A stretch of DNA of 64,000 bases from Candidatus Multivoradales bacterium (lineage in GTDB: Bacteria; Acidobacteriota; Thermoanaerobaculia; Multivoradales; J023): positions 704,001-768,000 of the forward strand of contig CBDFLE010000006.1 in the NCBI GenBank assembly GCA_965248925.1, read 5' to 3'. The translations under genes were made by a program, and so were the position numbers. Of this stretch, positions 9,210 through 18,936 are shown in pieces. Position 1 is the stretch's first letter. Each line of letters begins with the position of its first letter. The notes below the pieces were generated by a model. It was not told where the DNA came from and ran no database searches. It saw nothing but the letters and a program-made list of their open reading frames with translations.

Positions 9210-10550
9210 TCAAAAACCTGCACGCCCCGCGATTCGCCAGGCTAGAAGGACCACGTAGCTCACCGATGCGGCTGCCAGCAGCGACCCGAAGTACCTATCG
9301 GCCCGCTCGCTGAGTCGGTGCAAGCCAAAGATCCCACCGTAGACCAGTGGGACCATTCCGAAGTAGTGGCGGGATGCACTCCAATGTACGCCGAGATTTG
9401 CGTGATTGAGAAAACCCGCTGACAGGAATAGCAAGACAGTCAAGACGGCGGAGCCCAAGGAGACTACGGCGAAGGGCCCTTTTTTCGCCCGCAGCTCGAG
9501 CAGCGACCAAGCCAAGTTGCACAGTGCTAGGGCCAGCAATAGCACAGCGTACTCACGCGGAATGACCTTCCACACATGCCGCACATTCACCAGGTCGACC
9601 GCGAGAATCTTCAGGAACTCCGCCGATGATTGAACTGGAAGCACAAAACTCCCAAACCACTCAGCGACTTCTGGCGACCCAACAACACCCCCAAGACGCC
9701 GCCAATTCAACAGCAACAGAAGCGGGATACCGCCAAGCGGCGCCAAGAGCGCGATATGTTGCCAAGCTAGGAGGCGCGCGGACGCGCGGCGAGCGCTTAC
9801 TAGAGCTGCTACTACAGGCACGATGACCACCGGCAGATTCGTCAGCTTCACCCAAACAGCAGCACAAGCACCGAACGCACAGGCGACGACTAAGTATCTC
9901 CGAGGCATCGTGAGGTGCGACACCAAAAGCATCAATGTCAAGTTGACACTCAACAGCGAGAATGAGTCGTTTCCCAGCGTGCTGTAATAGTGAGTATTGG
10001 TTGCAAGTGCGAGCAAGGCAAACAGGTAACCATAAACCGCACTGCCACCGACCAGGCTCGTCAGCCGAGAAACCAACGGGATAAAAAGAAGAGCCCCCGC
10101 TAGCTGAGCGAGGACGCCAACGATCCGCAGTAGGCGTATTCGCATCTCAGCATTGATACCAAGAACCCGAATAAGGACGTTCGGCACAGCTAGAATCGCA
10201 TAATAAAGCGGCGGCTGCTGTGCCTCGTAAGAACGGCCAGCCAGCCCCATGGAACGCCTGGTTCCATCGTACGACCTAGGCTGTCTCGACGAGAGGTCTT
10301 GTGAGATCTCGAAGGTGTGATCTGCTATCGCATCATTCGGCCGCGGCAAAGAAAGCTCACCAACGCGCTCGATATAGTCATAGTGTGCAATCTCGTCACG
10401 GGGGCTCCAGATCCCGGACTGGATCGAGTAGACACAGTTGAGCGCTCCTATCATCAGCAAGGAAGCAAGTAGTATTCTCCGCAAATACGATTGTAAGTCT
10501 GACATCGTAAGAATGACCTTCAGTGACCGGAAAATAGCAGCGGTTTTCAT
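9210..10550 (-). CDS. Polytopic membrane protein, GT-C/DUF2142-like glycosyltransferase
   Basis: PRDEIAHYDY and YEAQQPPLYY loop motifs followed by many TM helices; start uncertain (10550 or 10505). Confidence 0.6.
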   Translation of the reverse strand: MKTAAIFRSLKVILTMSDLQSYLRRILLASLLMIGALNCVYSIQSGIWSPRDEIAHYDYIERVGELSLPRPNDAIADHTFEISQDLSSRQPRSYDGTRRSMGLAGRSYEAQQPPLYYAILAVPNVLIRVLGINAEMRIRLLRIVGVLAQLAGALLFIPLVSRLTSLVGGSAVYGYLFALLALATNTHYYSTLGNDSFSLLSVNLTLMLLVSHLTMPRRYLVVACAFGACAAVWVKLTNLPVVIVPVVAALVSARRASARLLAWQHIALLAPLGGIPLLLLLNWRRLGGVVGSPEVAEWFGSFVLPVQSSAEFLKILAVDLVNVRHVWKVIPREYAVLLLALALCNLAWSLLELRAKKGPFAVVSLGSAVLTVLLFLSAGFLNHANLGVHWSASRHYFGMVPLVYGGIFGLHRLSERADRYFGSLLAAASVSYVVLLAWRIAGRAGF

Positions 10551-10620
10551 TAAGCAAATCGGCGTCGATAGTAGCGCCTGGGCGGCCACGGAAGGTCTCC
10601 GCCAACGAGATCGCACTCCT

Positions 10621-13218
10621 TCAAGGGTAGTAACCGTGCAGCGTCCGTGCCTGGTGGCCCGCTCGACTGACCTCGACACGGATCTGCCGAAAGTCATCGC
10701 CGCCCTGCCGCGCTGGCGGTTCGTAGACCAGCAAATACTGCGCCCGCAGCTCGCGCTCGATCCGCCGGTAGGTCGAGTTCAAGTCTTCGACCCCATCGAT
10801 CGAGAACGACCGGCCGCCGCTGGCGGCGGCCAAGCTGCGCAGGCCGGCACGAGTCTCCTGGTCGGCCAAATCGAGCAGGATCGGGTAGACCGCCACCCCC
10901 GAACGCAAGGCCCGCTCCACTACTTGCTTGAGTTGAAAGTCGCTATCGGTGTCTTTGCCGTCTGACAGCAGCACCAAGGCGCGCCTGCCATCGAGACCAC
11001 CGAAGGCGTGTAGGGCCCACACCAAGCCGTCGTAGAGCCGCGTTGTGCCGCGGGCGCGGGCACCGGCAGCGGCATAGCGTAGGCGCTCGACTTCGGTGGT
11101 CCACGGTACTCGCAGGTGCAGGTCGTGATCGAAAGTCATCAGCGAAGCCCGATCACCCTCTGCCAACACCTGGGCGAAGAACCGCTGCGCCGCCTCGCTG
11201 GCCAAGTGCACCCGGCCGCGCATCGAACCTGAAACATCCATCAGCAGAGCTACATCAATCTCGAGTTCGGCGACCGCAGCGAAACTCCGCACCTTCTGCT
11301 CGGCACCATTCTCTAGCACTAGCAGTTCACCGAGCCGTAGATCGGTCACCGGACGACCGCGGCCATCGCTAACCGTGACATAGAGTTGCACCAGCTGAAC
11401 TTCGACCTGCTCTACCGGCGCCGAGCTTTGAATCACCACCAGATCCTCGACTTGGACACCGCTGTCGAGTACCGCGACCGCGCGGACGAAGCTAGTCGCG
11501 CCGGGCGCCGACTCGGGCAGCGAGTGAACAAAGGGGGGAGCGAGCCGGGTGGCGAGCAACCGGTCGTTGAAGTACAGCTCCACCCGCGCTAGCCGCTCGC
11601 CGCTCGGCACGTCAATCTCAGCCCGAAGTTGCTCTCCGATCAGGCCCCGCCGAGGTTTCACAATGCGCACCGCAAAGCGTGGCGGATCCTCGTTCAACCA
11701 CACCTGGTGGCGGGCGATCTCGGCTCCCGCCGGGTCGAACGCCAGCGCCTGCAAGAGCCGCCGCCGAGGGCGCTCCCCAAGCTCCAGCCGCGCCCGGTAG
11801 GGGGGCTCGCTATCACTACCAACCGCCAGTCCGTCGAGCAGGAAGTTCACTCGCTCGATCGGCCCTCCGGCAGTGGCCACCGGCACCTCTACCGAACCAG
11901 CCAGCAAATCGGCTGGAGGTGGGCGTAGCTCAACGCTGGGGAACGTCGTCATCACCCCGACCTCAGCCCGAGTCAGGCCGGTGAAGCCGAGACGAAAGCC
12001 GCCTGGGGCCACCGCCTCCTGCTCGCTTCTCGGCACCGCGAGTTCCAGGTCTTGGCGCAGCAAGACGCGGTCCAGGCGATCGGCAGCACGCAGGCGCAGC
12101 TGATAGGTGGCTGGACGCAGACGGCGATAGAAATCTAGCTCGACAGTGCTCGCTTCGGCGGGCTCCGCGCCAGCAATGTGGTGGATCACTCGGAAGGCAT
12201 CGACCAAGCGGTCGCCAAGGTAGATATCACCTTCGATCTCCACCCGATCAAAAAGCTCACCCGCCGCGTTGCGCTGCAACACCGCCACCGGCACTTCTAA
12301 GCGACCGCGAACGACGGTCTTTTGCTGATAAGCGCCAAGGAAGCTCAACTCGGCTGGGTGCGCCGACAATTGGGAAGCGGTAGTGCCAGCTGCCAGCTGG
12401 CGGCGAAAGTCATCCAGCCAGGACTGCTTCGCCGGTCCCGCAACTCGGCCCACCAATGCGTCCCGACCCAGCGCGCTGGCGAGCGCGGCGGTCAACCGAG
12501 CGGCGGCGCCAGCGCCAGCGAGGCAGCGGCGTTGACGCCGAGCCCCATCGACCAACTGTTCAATATTCCACGGGCCACCTTTGGGCTCGCCGTACATCAG
12601 CGCTACCGTGCTCTCTGCCGGGGACCACAGCCGGTAGTGCCCCCCATCTCGATTGCCGGAGAGATAGAACACCAAAAAGAAACCCTCGCTGGCTTTGGCA
12701 CCTGCCATGCGAGCCGCCCGCCAGGGGTCGTAGGACCAAATCTCCAGCCGGCGGAGCAGGGAGCCACAATTTTCCAGCCGCATCACCTGCTCTGGTTTAC
12801 CGGCGATTTGTACGGCTCGCGCTCGCGCATCGTCGAGGTTGCGGAACCGCAACCTGGCCTCGCGGCGATTGTCGTGCCAATGCTCGATCAGCGCCGGCAT
12901 CGCTGACCGACTGTGCCAAAACCGACGGATGAAGAGCTCGCGCTCGAGATCGCTCGTCAGCCCGGCAAAGACCTCGAACTCGGCGGCGGTGCTCAAATGC
13001 TCGACACTGGCCTGCCACCCGGAATAGAAGCTGGCGAGGCGCGGTTGGCGCTCCGCGGCGCCGATCGACGAAAGTGCACAGAGCCATAACAAACCGCAAG
13101 CCAAAGCAGGGAAATGCCCTAGCCGGGCAAGATCGTGGAGTGACAACGTGGCAGAAAGCGTTCTAACGAGTAACTTCATCGGTGTTCGCAACAGAGTTCC
13201 CAACGGTGGTATCGACAC
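10621..13218 (-). CDS. Acidobacterial-type VWA domain protein with N-terminal GWxTD-like and Ig-like domains
   Basis: C-terminal VWA with MIDAS DVSGS, TRLYD, LLSDGKD, ELRAQYLLVY; N-terminal RELFIRRFW...EIWSY; true start probably downstream of 13218. Confidence 0.8.
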   Translation of the reverse strand: MSIPPLGTLLRTPMKLLVRTLSATLSLHDLARLGHFPALACGLLWLCALSSIGAAERQPRLASFYSGWQASVEHLSTAAEFEVFAGLTSDLERELFIRRFWHSRSAMPALIEHWHDNRREARLRFRNLDDARARAVQIAGKPEQVMRLENCGSLLRRLEIWSYDPWRAARMAGAKASEGFFLVFYLSGNRDGGHYRLWSPAESTVALMYGEPKGGPWNIEQLVDGARRQRRCLAGAGAAARLTAALASALGRDALVGRVAGPAKQSWLDDFRRQLAAGTTASQLSAHPAELSFLGAYQQKTVVRGRLEVPVAVLQRNAAGELFDRVEIEGDIYLGDRLVDAFRVIHHIAGAEPAEASTVELDFYRRLRPATYQLRLRAADRLDRVLLRQDLELAVPRSEQEAVAPGGFRLGFTGLTRAEVGVMTTFPSVELRPPPADLLAGSVEVPVATAGGPIERVNFLLDGLAVGSDSEPPYRARLELGERPRRRLLQALAFDPAGAEIARHQVWLNEDPPRFAVRIVKPRRGLIGEQLRAEIDVPSGERLARVELYFNDRLLATRLAPPFVHSLPESAPGATSFVRAVAVLDSGVQVEDLVVIQSSAPVEQVEVQLVQLYVTVSDGRGRPVTDLRLGELLVLENGAEQKVRSFAAVAELEIDVALLMDVSGSMRGRVHLASEAAQRFFAQVLAEGDRASLMTFDHDLHLRVPWTTEVERLRYAAAGARARGTTRLYDGLVWALHAFGGLDGRRALVLLSDGKDTDSDFQLKQVVERALRSGVAVYPILLDLADQETRAGLRSLAAASGGRSFSIDGVEDLNSTYRRIERELRAQYLLVYEPPARQGGDDFRQIRVEVSRAGHQARTLHGYYP

Positions 13219-13318
13219 CAGCAGGACCCATGGTAGCGCGAACCCAAGTGCGGCATCCGCGTTCCAACGGGATATAATGGCCGCGATTCACTTGCAAACT
13301 CGCGAGGGGCCGGCCATC

Positions 13319-14122
13319 ATGTTACGCCGCAAATACACCATCGACGACCTTGATCGACTGATCGCCAAGGGCAAACACACCCGAGCCATCAAAGTGTTGC
13401 GGCTCCTGCTCGACAAAGATCCCGAGAACTTTCGCCTCCGTCGGCAGATGGCCGATCTGCTGATCCTCAACAACGACACCGAGGCGGCGATCGACCTGCT
13501 GAGCAAGATTGCCAAGGAGTTTGCCGAAGACGGTTTTGAAGGCAAGGCCATCGCCATGCTCAAACGGATCGTGCGCCTTGATCCGAGCAACGTTGCCGCC
13601 GCCGAGAAGATCCTCGCCCTGTTGCAGCAACCCGGCAGCCCCTACTCCGCAGTCGTCGTGCAGCCGGCTGCCGAAGAGCCAGAGACGCCACCAGCCTTCT
13701 ACAAGACGGCATTGTTCACCAACTTCTCCAAAGCAGAGCTGCACGACCTCGTCGGCGCCTTCGAGGTGCGCTCCCTGGAACCGGGTGAGATCGTGGTCAC
13801 CGAAGGAGAACCTGGCGATAGCGTTTTCTTGATCGTCAACGGCTCGGTGCGGGTCTACGTCTCCAATCCGCAGCGGCGCAGCGTGCAGGTGCGGGTACTC
13901 GAAGAAGGAGATTTCTTTGGCGAGATCTCCGCCCACACTGGCCAAGCGCGCACCGCGACCATCACCACGATCGGTCTCTGCGAGCTACTCGAACTCGATC
14001 GCAAAGCGCTACAGCGGCTCGGCACCAAGCACCCCTCCCTGCCGATGACCCTCGCCGAACTATCGCTCGAACGTAGCGGTAGCGACGAAGAACAGCAAGC
14101 CCGCTCTTTGGGCCCAGGCTGA
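13319..14122 (+). CDS. TPR plus cyclic nucleotide-binding domain protein
   Basis: TPR-like helices, then EGEPGDSVFLIVNGSV...GDFFGEIS...RTATI (cNMP-binding). Confidence 0.8.
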   Translation: MLRRKYTIDDLDRLIAKGKHTRAIKVLRLLLDKDPENFRLRRQMADLLILNNDTEAAIDLLSKIAKEFAEDGFEGKAIAMLKRIVRLDPSNVAAAEKILALLQQPGSPYSAVVVQPAAEEPETPPAFYKTALFTNFSKAELHDLVGAFEVRSLEPGEIVVTEGEPGDSVFLIVNGSVRVYVSNPQRRSVQVRVLEEGDFFGEISAHTGQARTATITTIGLCELLELDRKALQRLGTKHPSLPMTLAELSLERSGSDEEQQARSLGPG

Positions 14123-14180
14123 GTGTCCTATAGACTTGTTCTTTGATCTATCCTATTGGCCAACGATCCAGAGGTCTCCG

Positions 14181-15197
14181 ATGCAACACATCTCCAGCTT
14201 CCTGCCTTGCTCGACCCGGCTCTGCCTCGCCTTCTTGGCGAGCCTCCTCGCCACCAGCGTGGCCTTCGCCGCCAAACCCTTGCCGGCCCCCACCGACGTG
14301 ATGTTGCGTGGCCACAACCAACTGGCACTGGTGCAGGTGCAAGCCAAGCCTGCCGCCGACAAGCTGCGGGTAACGGCCCTGGAGCAACTTCACGGCGAGA
14401 CCCCGGCCGAGCTGGAAGTCCGCGGCGATGCGCAGGTTTTTGCCAATCTGAAGATCGGCCAAAAAGTAATCCTGTCCTACAGCACTCTGCGCAAGAACCC
14501 CTTGCTGCGCGACGTTCGCGAAATCGACCCCGAGGGCGCCAAGGCGACCACCCTCGTGCTGCTCCGCTCGGTGGTCCTGGGCGACAGCCCAGACCTGCGC
14601 ATCCTGCTCGAACGCCCCGGCAAAGAGGCTAAAGAAGGTGCCCACCAAGAGCTAGCCCGCCGCCACCTCAAAGCCCTGCTGCGCGAGTTAAATCACCCTA
14701 CCGCGGCCAATCGGCGGCTGGCGGTGGCCGAGTTCTTCACCCGTTCCGATTTGCGAGAGCTGATCGAATCGCGCCACCATCGTCAACTAGCCCAGGCGCT
14801 CGACAACCAGGACTTGGCGCTCGACGCCAAAGACTTCCTGCTCCGCGGCGTGCTGCTGCTACCCGTTGCCAAGCGCGGCAGCTGGCTGGCCAAAGCAAGC
14901 CGGCGAATCATCGACACCACCGAACCCCAACTCGACCTGACCACCTCAGCTCCGGCGCTGGCTCAAGCCGCCGCCTGGGCTCTCCGCGACGGCGGCAAGC
15001 GCCGCGACGCACAACGACTCGACAAGCTGCTCTACTCGAACAATCCAGGAGTTGCCAAAGCGGCCCTCGAAGCCATGGATCAGCTCGACCCGGAGCGGGC
15101 ACTCGAAGGCGTCCAGCGGGCGCTCAAGAGCGACGATCTGCAAGCAGAAGCCCGGCGAGTACTAGGGATCTACGCCGAACAGTCGAGCGGTGAGTGA
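14181..15197 (+). CDS. Exported hypothetical protein with C-terminal HEAT-like helical repeats
   Basis: Signal peptide ending SVAFA; C-terminal [20 protein letters not shown] pattern. Confidence 0.6.
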   Translation: MQHISSFLPCSTRLCLAFLASLLATSVAFAAKPLPAPTDVMLRGHNQLALVQVQAKPAADKLRVTALEQLHGETPAELEVRGDAQVFANLKIGQKVILSYSTLRKNPLLRDVREIDPEGAKATTLVLLRSVVLGDSPDLRILLERPGKEAKEGAHQELARRHLKALLRELNHPTAANRRLAVAEFFTRSDLRELIESRHHRQLAQALDNQDLALDAKDFLLRGVLLLPVAKRGSWLAKASRRIIDTTEPQLDLTTSAPALAQAAAWALRDGGKRRDAQRLDKLLYSNNPGVAKAALEAMDQLDPERALEGVQRALKSDDLQAEARRVLGIYAEQSSGE

Positions 15198-15230
15198 GCC
15201 TGCCCACAGCGTGCCACCCGCCTCGGCAAC

Positions 15231-15568
15231 AGAGCCAATCGATCACCAGCGCCTCGAACAGCGCCGTGAAGCGAGAGCCGGGCTCACTCCACGGGACACG
15301 GACCTGGAGCACACTATGATCCGGGCACTCGATCCGAGGCGGTTGGGCCACAAGCACCGTCCGGTACTGGCAGGTATCCAGGTGCCGCAGCGACGAGAAC
15401 GGGTGTCGTAGCCGCTGCACGGCTTGCCGCATTCAGGACCAGGTGGGCGCTTCTCGCCGTTGATCATATGCACCAAGACCTCACCCTCACCCAAGGCCAG
15501 GTCTAATTCAGTGACACGCCACGGCAATTCGACGCCCAGGATCTTCGCGTAGAGGTCTTTAGGATCGG
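15231..15568 (-). pseudogene. ISL3-family transposase N-terminal remnant, frameshifted and truncated
   Basis: LYAKILGVELPWRV...[16 protein letters not shown] continues in another frame as [52 protein letters not shown]; 1-nt deletion near 15388; no DDE domain follows. Confidence 0.85.
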
Positions 15569-15610
15569 GTGACAGGCGTTTCTAGCTACCGAGTGAACCG
15601 GCTCTCACTC

Positions 15611-16978
15611 CTAACAACCCCGCGGTCCCGGCAGCAGCGGCCGGGTGAGATCTTCAGGACCGTCCCCGGTGCAGAGCACATCGTCCTCGATGCGGATACC
15701 GCCCATCGGCACCAGGCGGTCGACCAACTGCCAGTCGATCAACCCCGCCGTGGGTCCTTGGCGCAGGGGGTCGAGCAGCATCGGTATGAAGTAGATACCC
15801 GGCTCAACGGTGAGGTAGTGGCCGGGCTCGATCAGCCGCGTGTTGCGCAGGTAGGAATGCGCGGCCGGCGGCGGTACGCTGCCACCGTCGGGTCCAGCTT
15901 GATGGCCCCCGACATCGTGAACTTGCAGCCCCAGCTGGTGGCCAACGCCATGGGGAAAGAAAGCGCTGGTGAGCCCCTGCCCTACCGCTTGCTCCACGTC
16001 GCAACGCAGCACCCCGACCTCGGCCAGCAGGCCGCCGATGCGGCGGTGCGCATCGAGGTGTATCTCCAGGTATGGCTTGCCCGGACTCACCTGCTGCACC
16101 AGTTTCTGCTCGATGGCATCTAGCCCCTCGACCAAGGCGACGAACTCGGGCTCCGCGCCCTCCCGTACCCAAGTGCGGGTGACGTCGGCGGCCCAGCCGT
16201 TGGCGCTGGCGCCAGCGTCGACCAGCAGCACCCGCGCGCCGGTGAACTCGGCGCCGCGTTTGTGCTGATAGTGCAGGATGGCCGATCTGTCGTCGGCGGC
16301 GATGATCGAATCGAAAGGCAGCTCGCTCTCTAGCTGATCACAGCCCTCCAAGTAGGCCCGGTAGATCTCGCGCTCGTTGGACGAGCCTGCTTGGAAACAA
16401 CGCCGCCCGGCGTCGTGCCCGGCGGCCGCTCGCTGGGCGGCCAGGCGGCAAAAAGCCACCTCGTAGTCGGTTTTGTAGGCCCGGTACCAGTCGAGCGGCG
16501 CCATCAACTCGGCCGGCTCGACCCGCTCTTCTGGCACTCCGGCCAACGCCGCTGCGGCCGGCGAATTGCCGAGATAGGCGACATGGCCGAGGTCTCCCAA
16601 AGCCGTCACCGCCGAGTCGTAGGACTCGACCTCTAGCAACTCCACCGCTTCCTCCCAGAAGGACACCGTCGGCGGCGAAGTGTCGTACCAGTAGTCTCGC
16701 GGGCGGACCCGCGCCACCCGCGGTCGGCGTCCGGGGCGGACCAGCAACAAGTGCTCGGGCCCGGCGAGCGGCAGCCAACGTTGGAAGTGCGGCGCCGGAC
16801 GGAAGATCGTCTCGCGATCGTCGGCATGGAAATGCCCCGGTCGGCCAGCGTGTAACAACACGCCCTCTAGCTCACAGCCACTGCTCGCAGCGATTTCTAG
16901 CGCGCGCTGCAGGTACTGATCGAGGGTCGCGAGGTGTTGGCGATAGAGCTGCGTATCGGTCATCGAGAGCCTCCCCAA
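15611..16978 (-). CDS. pepQ: Xaa-Pro dipeptidase (prolidase, M24B)
   Basis: RAYKTDYEV, ILHY, LLVDAGA, AADVTRT, FFPHGVGHQLGLQVHDV, TVEPGIYF, GGIRIEDD. Confidence 0.9.
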   Translation of the reverse strand: MGRLSMTDTQLYRQHLATLDQYLQRALEIAASSGCELEGVLLHAGRPGHFHADDRETIFRPAPHFQRWLPLAGPEHLLLVRPGRRPRVARVRPRDYWYDTSPPTVSFWEEAVELLEVESYDSAVTALGDLGHVAYLGNSPAAAALAGVPEERVEPAELMAPLDWYRAYKTDYEVAFCRLAAQRAAAGHDAGRRCFQAGSSNEREIYRAYLEGCDQLESELPFDSIIAADDRSAILHYQHKRGAEFTGARVLLVDAGASANGWAADVTRTWVREGAEPEFVALVEGLDAIEQKLVQQVSPGKPYLEIHLDAHRRIGGLLAEVGVLRCDVEQAVGQGLTSAFFPHGVGHQLGLQVHDVGGHQAGPDGGSVPPPAAHSYLRNTRLIEPGHYLTVEPGIYFIPMLLDPLRQGPTAGLIDWQLVDRLVPMGGIRIEDDVLCTGDGPEDLTRPLLPGPRGC

Positions 16979-16979
16979 T

Positions 16980-17963
16980 TCAGTCTTCGATGCCGTCGAA
17001 GAGGGCGGTGGTCAAGTACCGTTCGGCGAACGAGGGCACGATGGTGACGATCATCTTGCCCTCCATCTCCGGTCGTTGGGCGACCTGCACCGCGGCTTGC
17101 AGCATGGCGCCAGAGGAAATCCCCACCGGCATCCCTTCGAGCGGTGCTACCCGCCGCGCCATGGCAAGAGCAGCGTCGTTGTCGATCTGGATAACTTCAT
17201 CGATCAGATCGGTATCAAGGACCCCGGGCACGAATCCGGCGCCGATACCCTGAATCTTGTGCGGTCCCGGATCGCCTCCCGACAGCACCGGGCTGCCAGC
17301 CGGTTCGACCGCCACCATGCGCAGGCTTGGCTTGCGCGCCTTGAGCACTGAGCCGGTGCCGGTCAAGGTGCCGCCAGTGCCGACACCACAAACCATCACG
17401 TCGACACCACCAGCGGTATCGACCCAGATCTCCTCGGCGGTGGTGTGGCGGTGGATCTCGGGATTGGCCGGGTTGTCGAATTGTTGCGGCATCACCGAAT
17501 TGGGGGTTTCTTTGATCAACTCGGCGGCTTTGGCGATCGCTCCTTTCATGCCCTTGGCGCCGTCGGTGAGGACCACCTTGGCACCGAGCAGACGGAGCAT
17601 CTTGCGGCGCTCGATCGACATCGTATCGGGCATGGTGAGAATCAGCCGATAGCCCTTGGCGGCGGCGGCAAATGCCAGGCCGATGCCGGTATTGCCCGAG
17701 GTAGGCTCGATCAACACGGTCTTCTCAGGGTGCATGTCGTGCTCCTCTTCCAGCTGCTCGATCATCGCCTTGCCAATGCGATCCTTGACTGAGGCCAGCG
17801 GGTTGAAGAACTCCAGCTTGGCCAGCAAATCGCCCCGACACCCCTCTTCCGCGGCCAACCTGCCGAGCCGTACTAGCGGGGTATTGCCGATGGTGTCGAG
17901 AAAAGAGTCGTAGATCTTGCCGCGGCAATCCGCGGTTGTCGAACTTGTTTCTGGGGTAGCCAT
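16980..17963 (-). CDS. cysK: Cysteine synthase A
   Basis: [14 protein letters not shown] (PLP Lys), [35 protein letters not shown]. Confidence 0.95.
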   Translation of the reverse strand: MATPETSSTTADCRGKIYDSFLDTIGNTPLVRLGRLAAEEGCRGDLLAKLEFFNPLASVKDRIGKAMIEQLEEEHDMHPEKTVLIEPTSGNTGIGLAFAAAAKGYRLILTMPDTMSIERRKMLRLLGAKVVLTDGAKGMKGAIAKAAELIKETPNSVMPQQFDNPANPEIHRHTTAEEIWVDTAGGVDVMVCGVGTGGTLTGTGSVLKARKPSLRMVAVEPAGSPVLSGGDPGPHKIQGIGAGFVPGVLDTDLIDEVIQIDNDAALAMARRVAPLEGMPVGISSGAMLQAAVQVAQRPEMEGKMIVTIVPSFAERYLTTALFDGIED

Positions 17964-18019
17964 GTCGCCTCTCCTTGAAATTGCGGTCTAACGGGCTAAG
18001 AAATCGCTTGCACTCTAGT

Positions 18020-18649
18020 CTAGCGCTGCACGCTCGGCAGAATTTCCAAACCTCCGAAGAATTGGTCAATCATCTCCTCAACCAGCTGATCCTCGGAAAT
18101 CTCTCCATCCGACCGGAACCACTTGTAGGTCCACAACACGGTTCCGAGCAGCGAGAACGCCGCCACCTTGGGGTTCACCGGTCGGATCTGGTGGCGCTCC
18201 ATGGCTTGGGAGAAGGCCTGCACTAGGAATTGCACATAGCTCTTCTTGCGCCGATTGATTTCCGCCCGGCCGGCCCCGGTGAGCGTATTGTGCTCGTGCA
18301 GAATGATCGTGACTTCTTTGGTTCGCGAATCGGTAACCAGGCGGATATTGCACTCCATCGTGGCCCGCAAGCGTTGCAGGGGATCGGTGATCGAGGCCGT
18401 GCGCAGGGTCACCCGCTCCTCGAACATGTCCATGCCGTAACGCATGATCTCGACCAGCAGGTGCTCTTTGCTACGAATGTGGTGATAGAGCCCCCCTTTG
18501 GTCAGCCCGCAAGCCTTGGAGATGTCGTGGATAGATGCCCCTTCGTAGCTCTTCTCGCAGATCACTCGAGCGGCGATCTCGAGAATCTGTCGATGCCGAT
18601 CAAGGGGCCTCTGGACGACTTTCGAATTCAACATTACAGATGTGCTCAT
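18020..18649 (-). CDS. TetR/AcrR family transcriptional regulator
   Basis: HTH ILEIAARVICEKSYEGASIHDISKACGLTKGGLYHHIRSKEHLL; C-terminal WTYKWFRSDG. Confidence 0.9.
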   Translation of the reverse strand: MSTSVMLNSKVVQRPLDRHRQILEIAARVICEKSYEGASIHDISKACGLTKGGLYHHIRSKEHLLVEIMRYGMDMFEERVTLRTASITDPLQRLRATMECNIRLVTDSRTKEVTIILHEHNTLTGAGRAEINRRKKSYVQFLVQAFSQAMERHQIRPVNPKVAAFSLLGTVLWTYKWFRSDGEISEDQLVEEMIDQFFGGLEILPSVQR

Positions 18650-18936
18650 CAGGTCTCCGGCTTCCACTCCGCGCTCTAGCGATCCGTCCACGGCGGCTCC
18701 CGCCCCAAGCCCCGCCAGAGGCCACTGAACGACTCGGGAAGGACCGTCCAACCTTTTCGATCAGCAGCGCCGCGGCCGCTAGCAAGCACCTGGAAAGGGC
18801 TGTCGGTCAGTATAACCGCATCGCCGCGGGACCTCGTGAAGTCCTCCGCAACCCATGATCTGCTAGAATAGAGAGTCAGTTCCGTTCTCAGTGAAGTTTC
18901 TTGCGCGCCGACGCTAAGGTCGTGCCTGGGAGAGTA

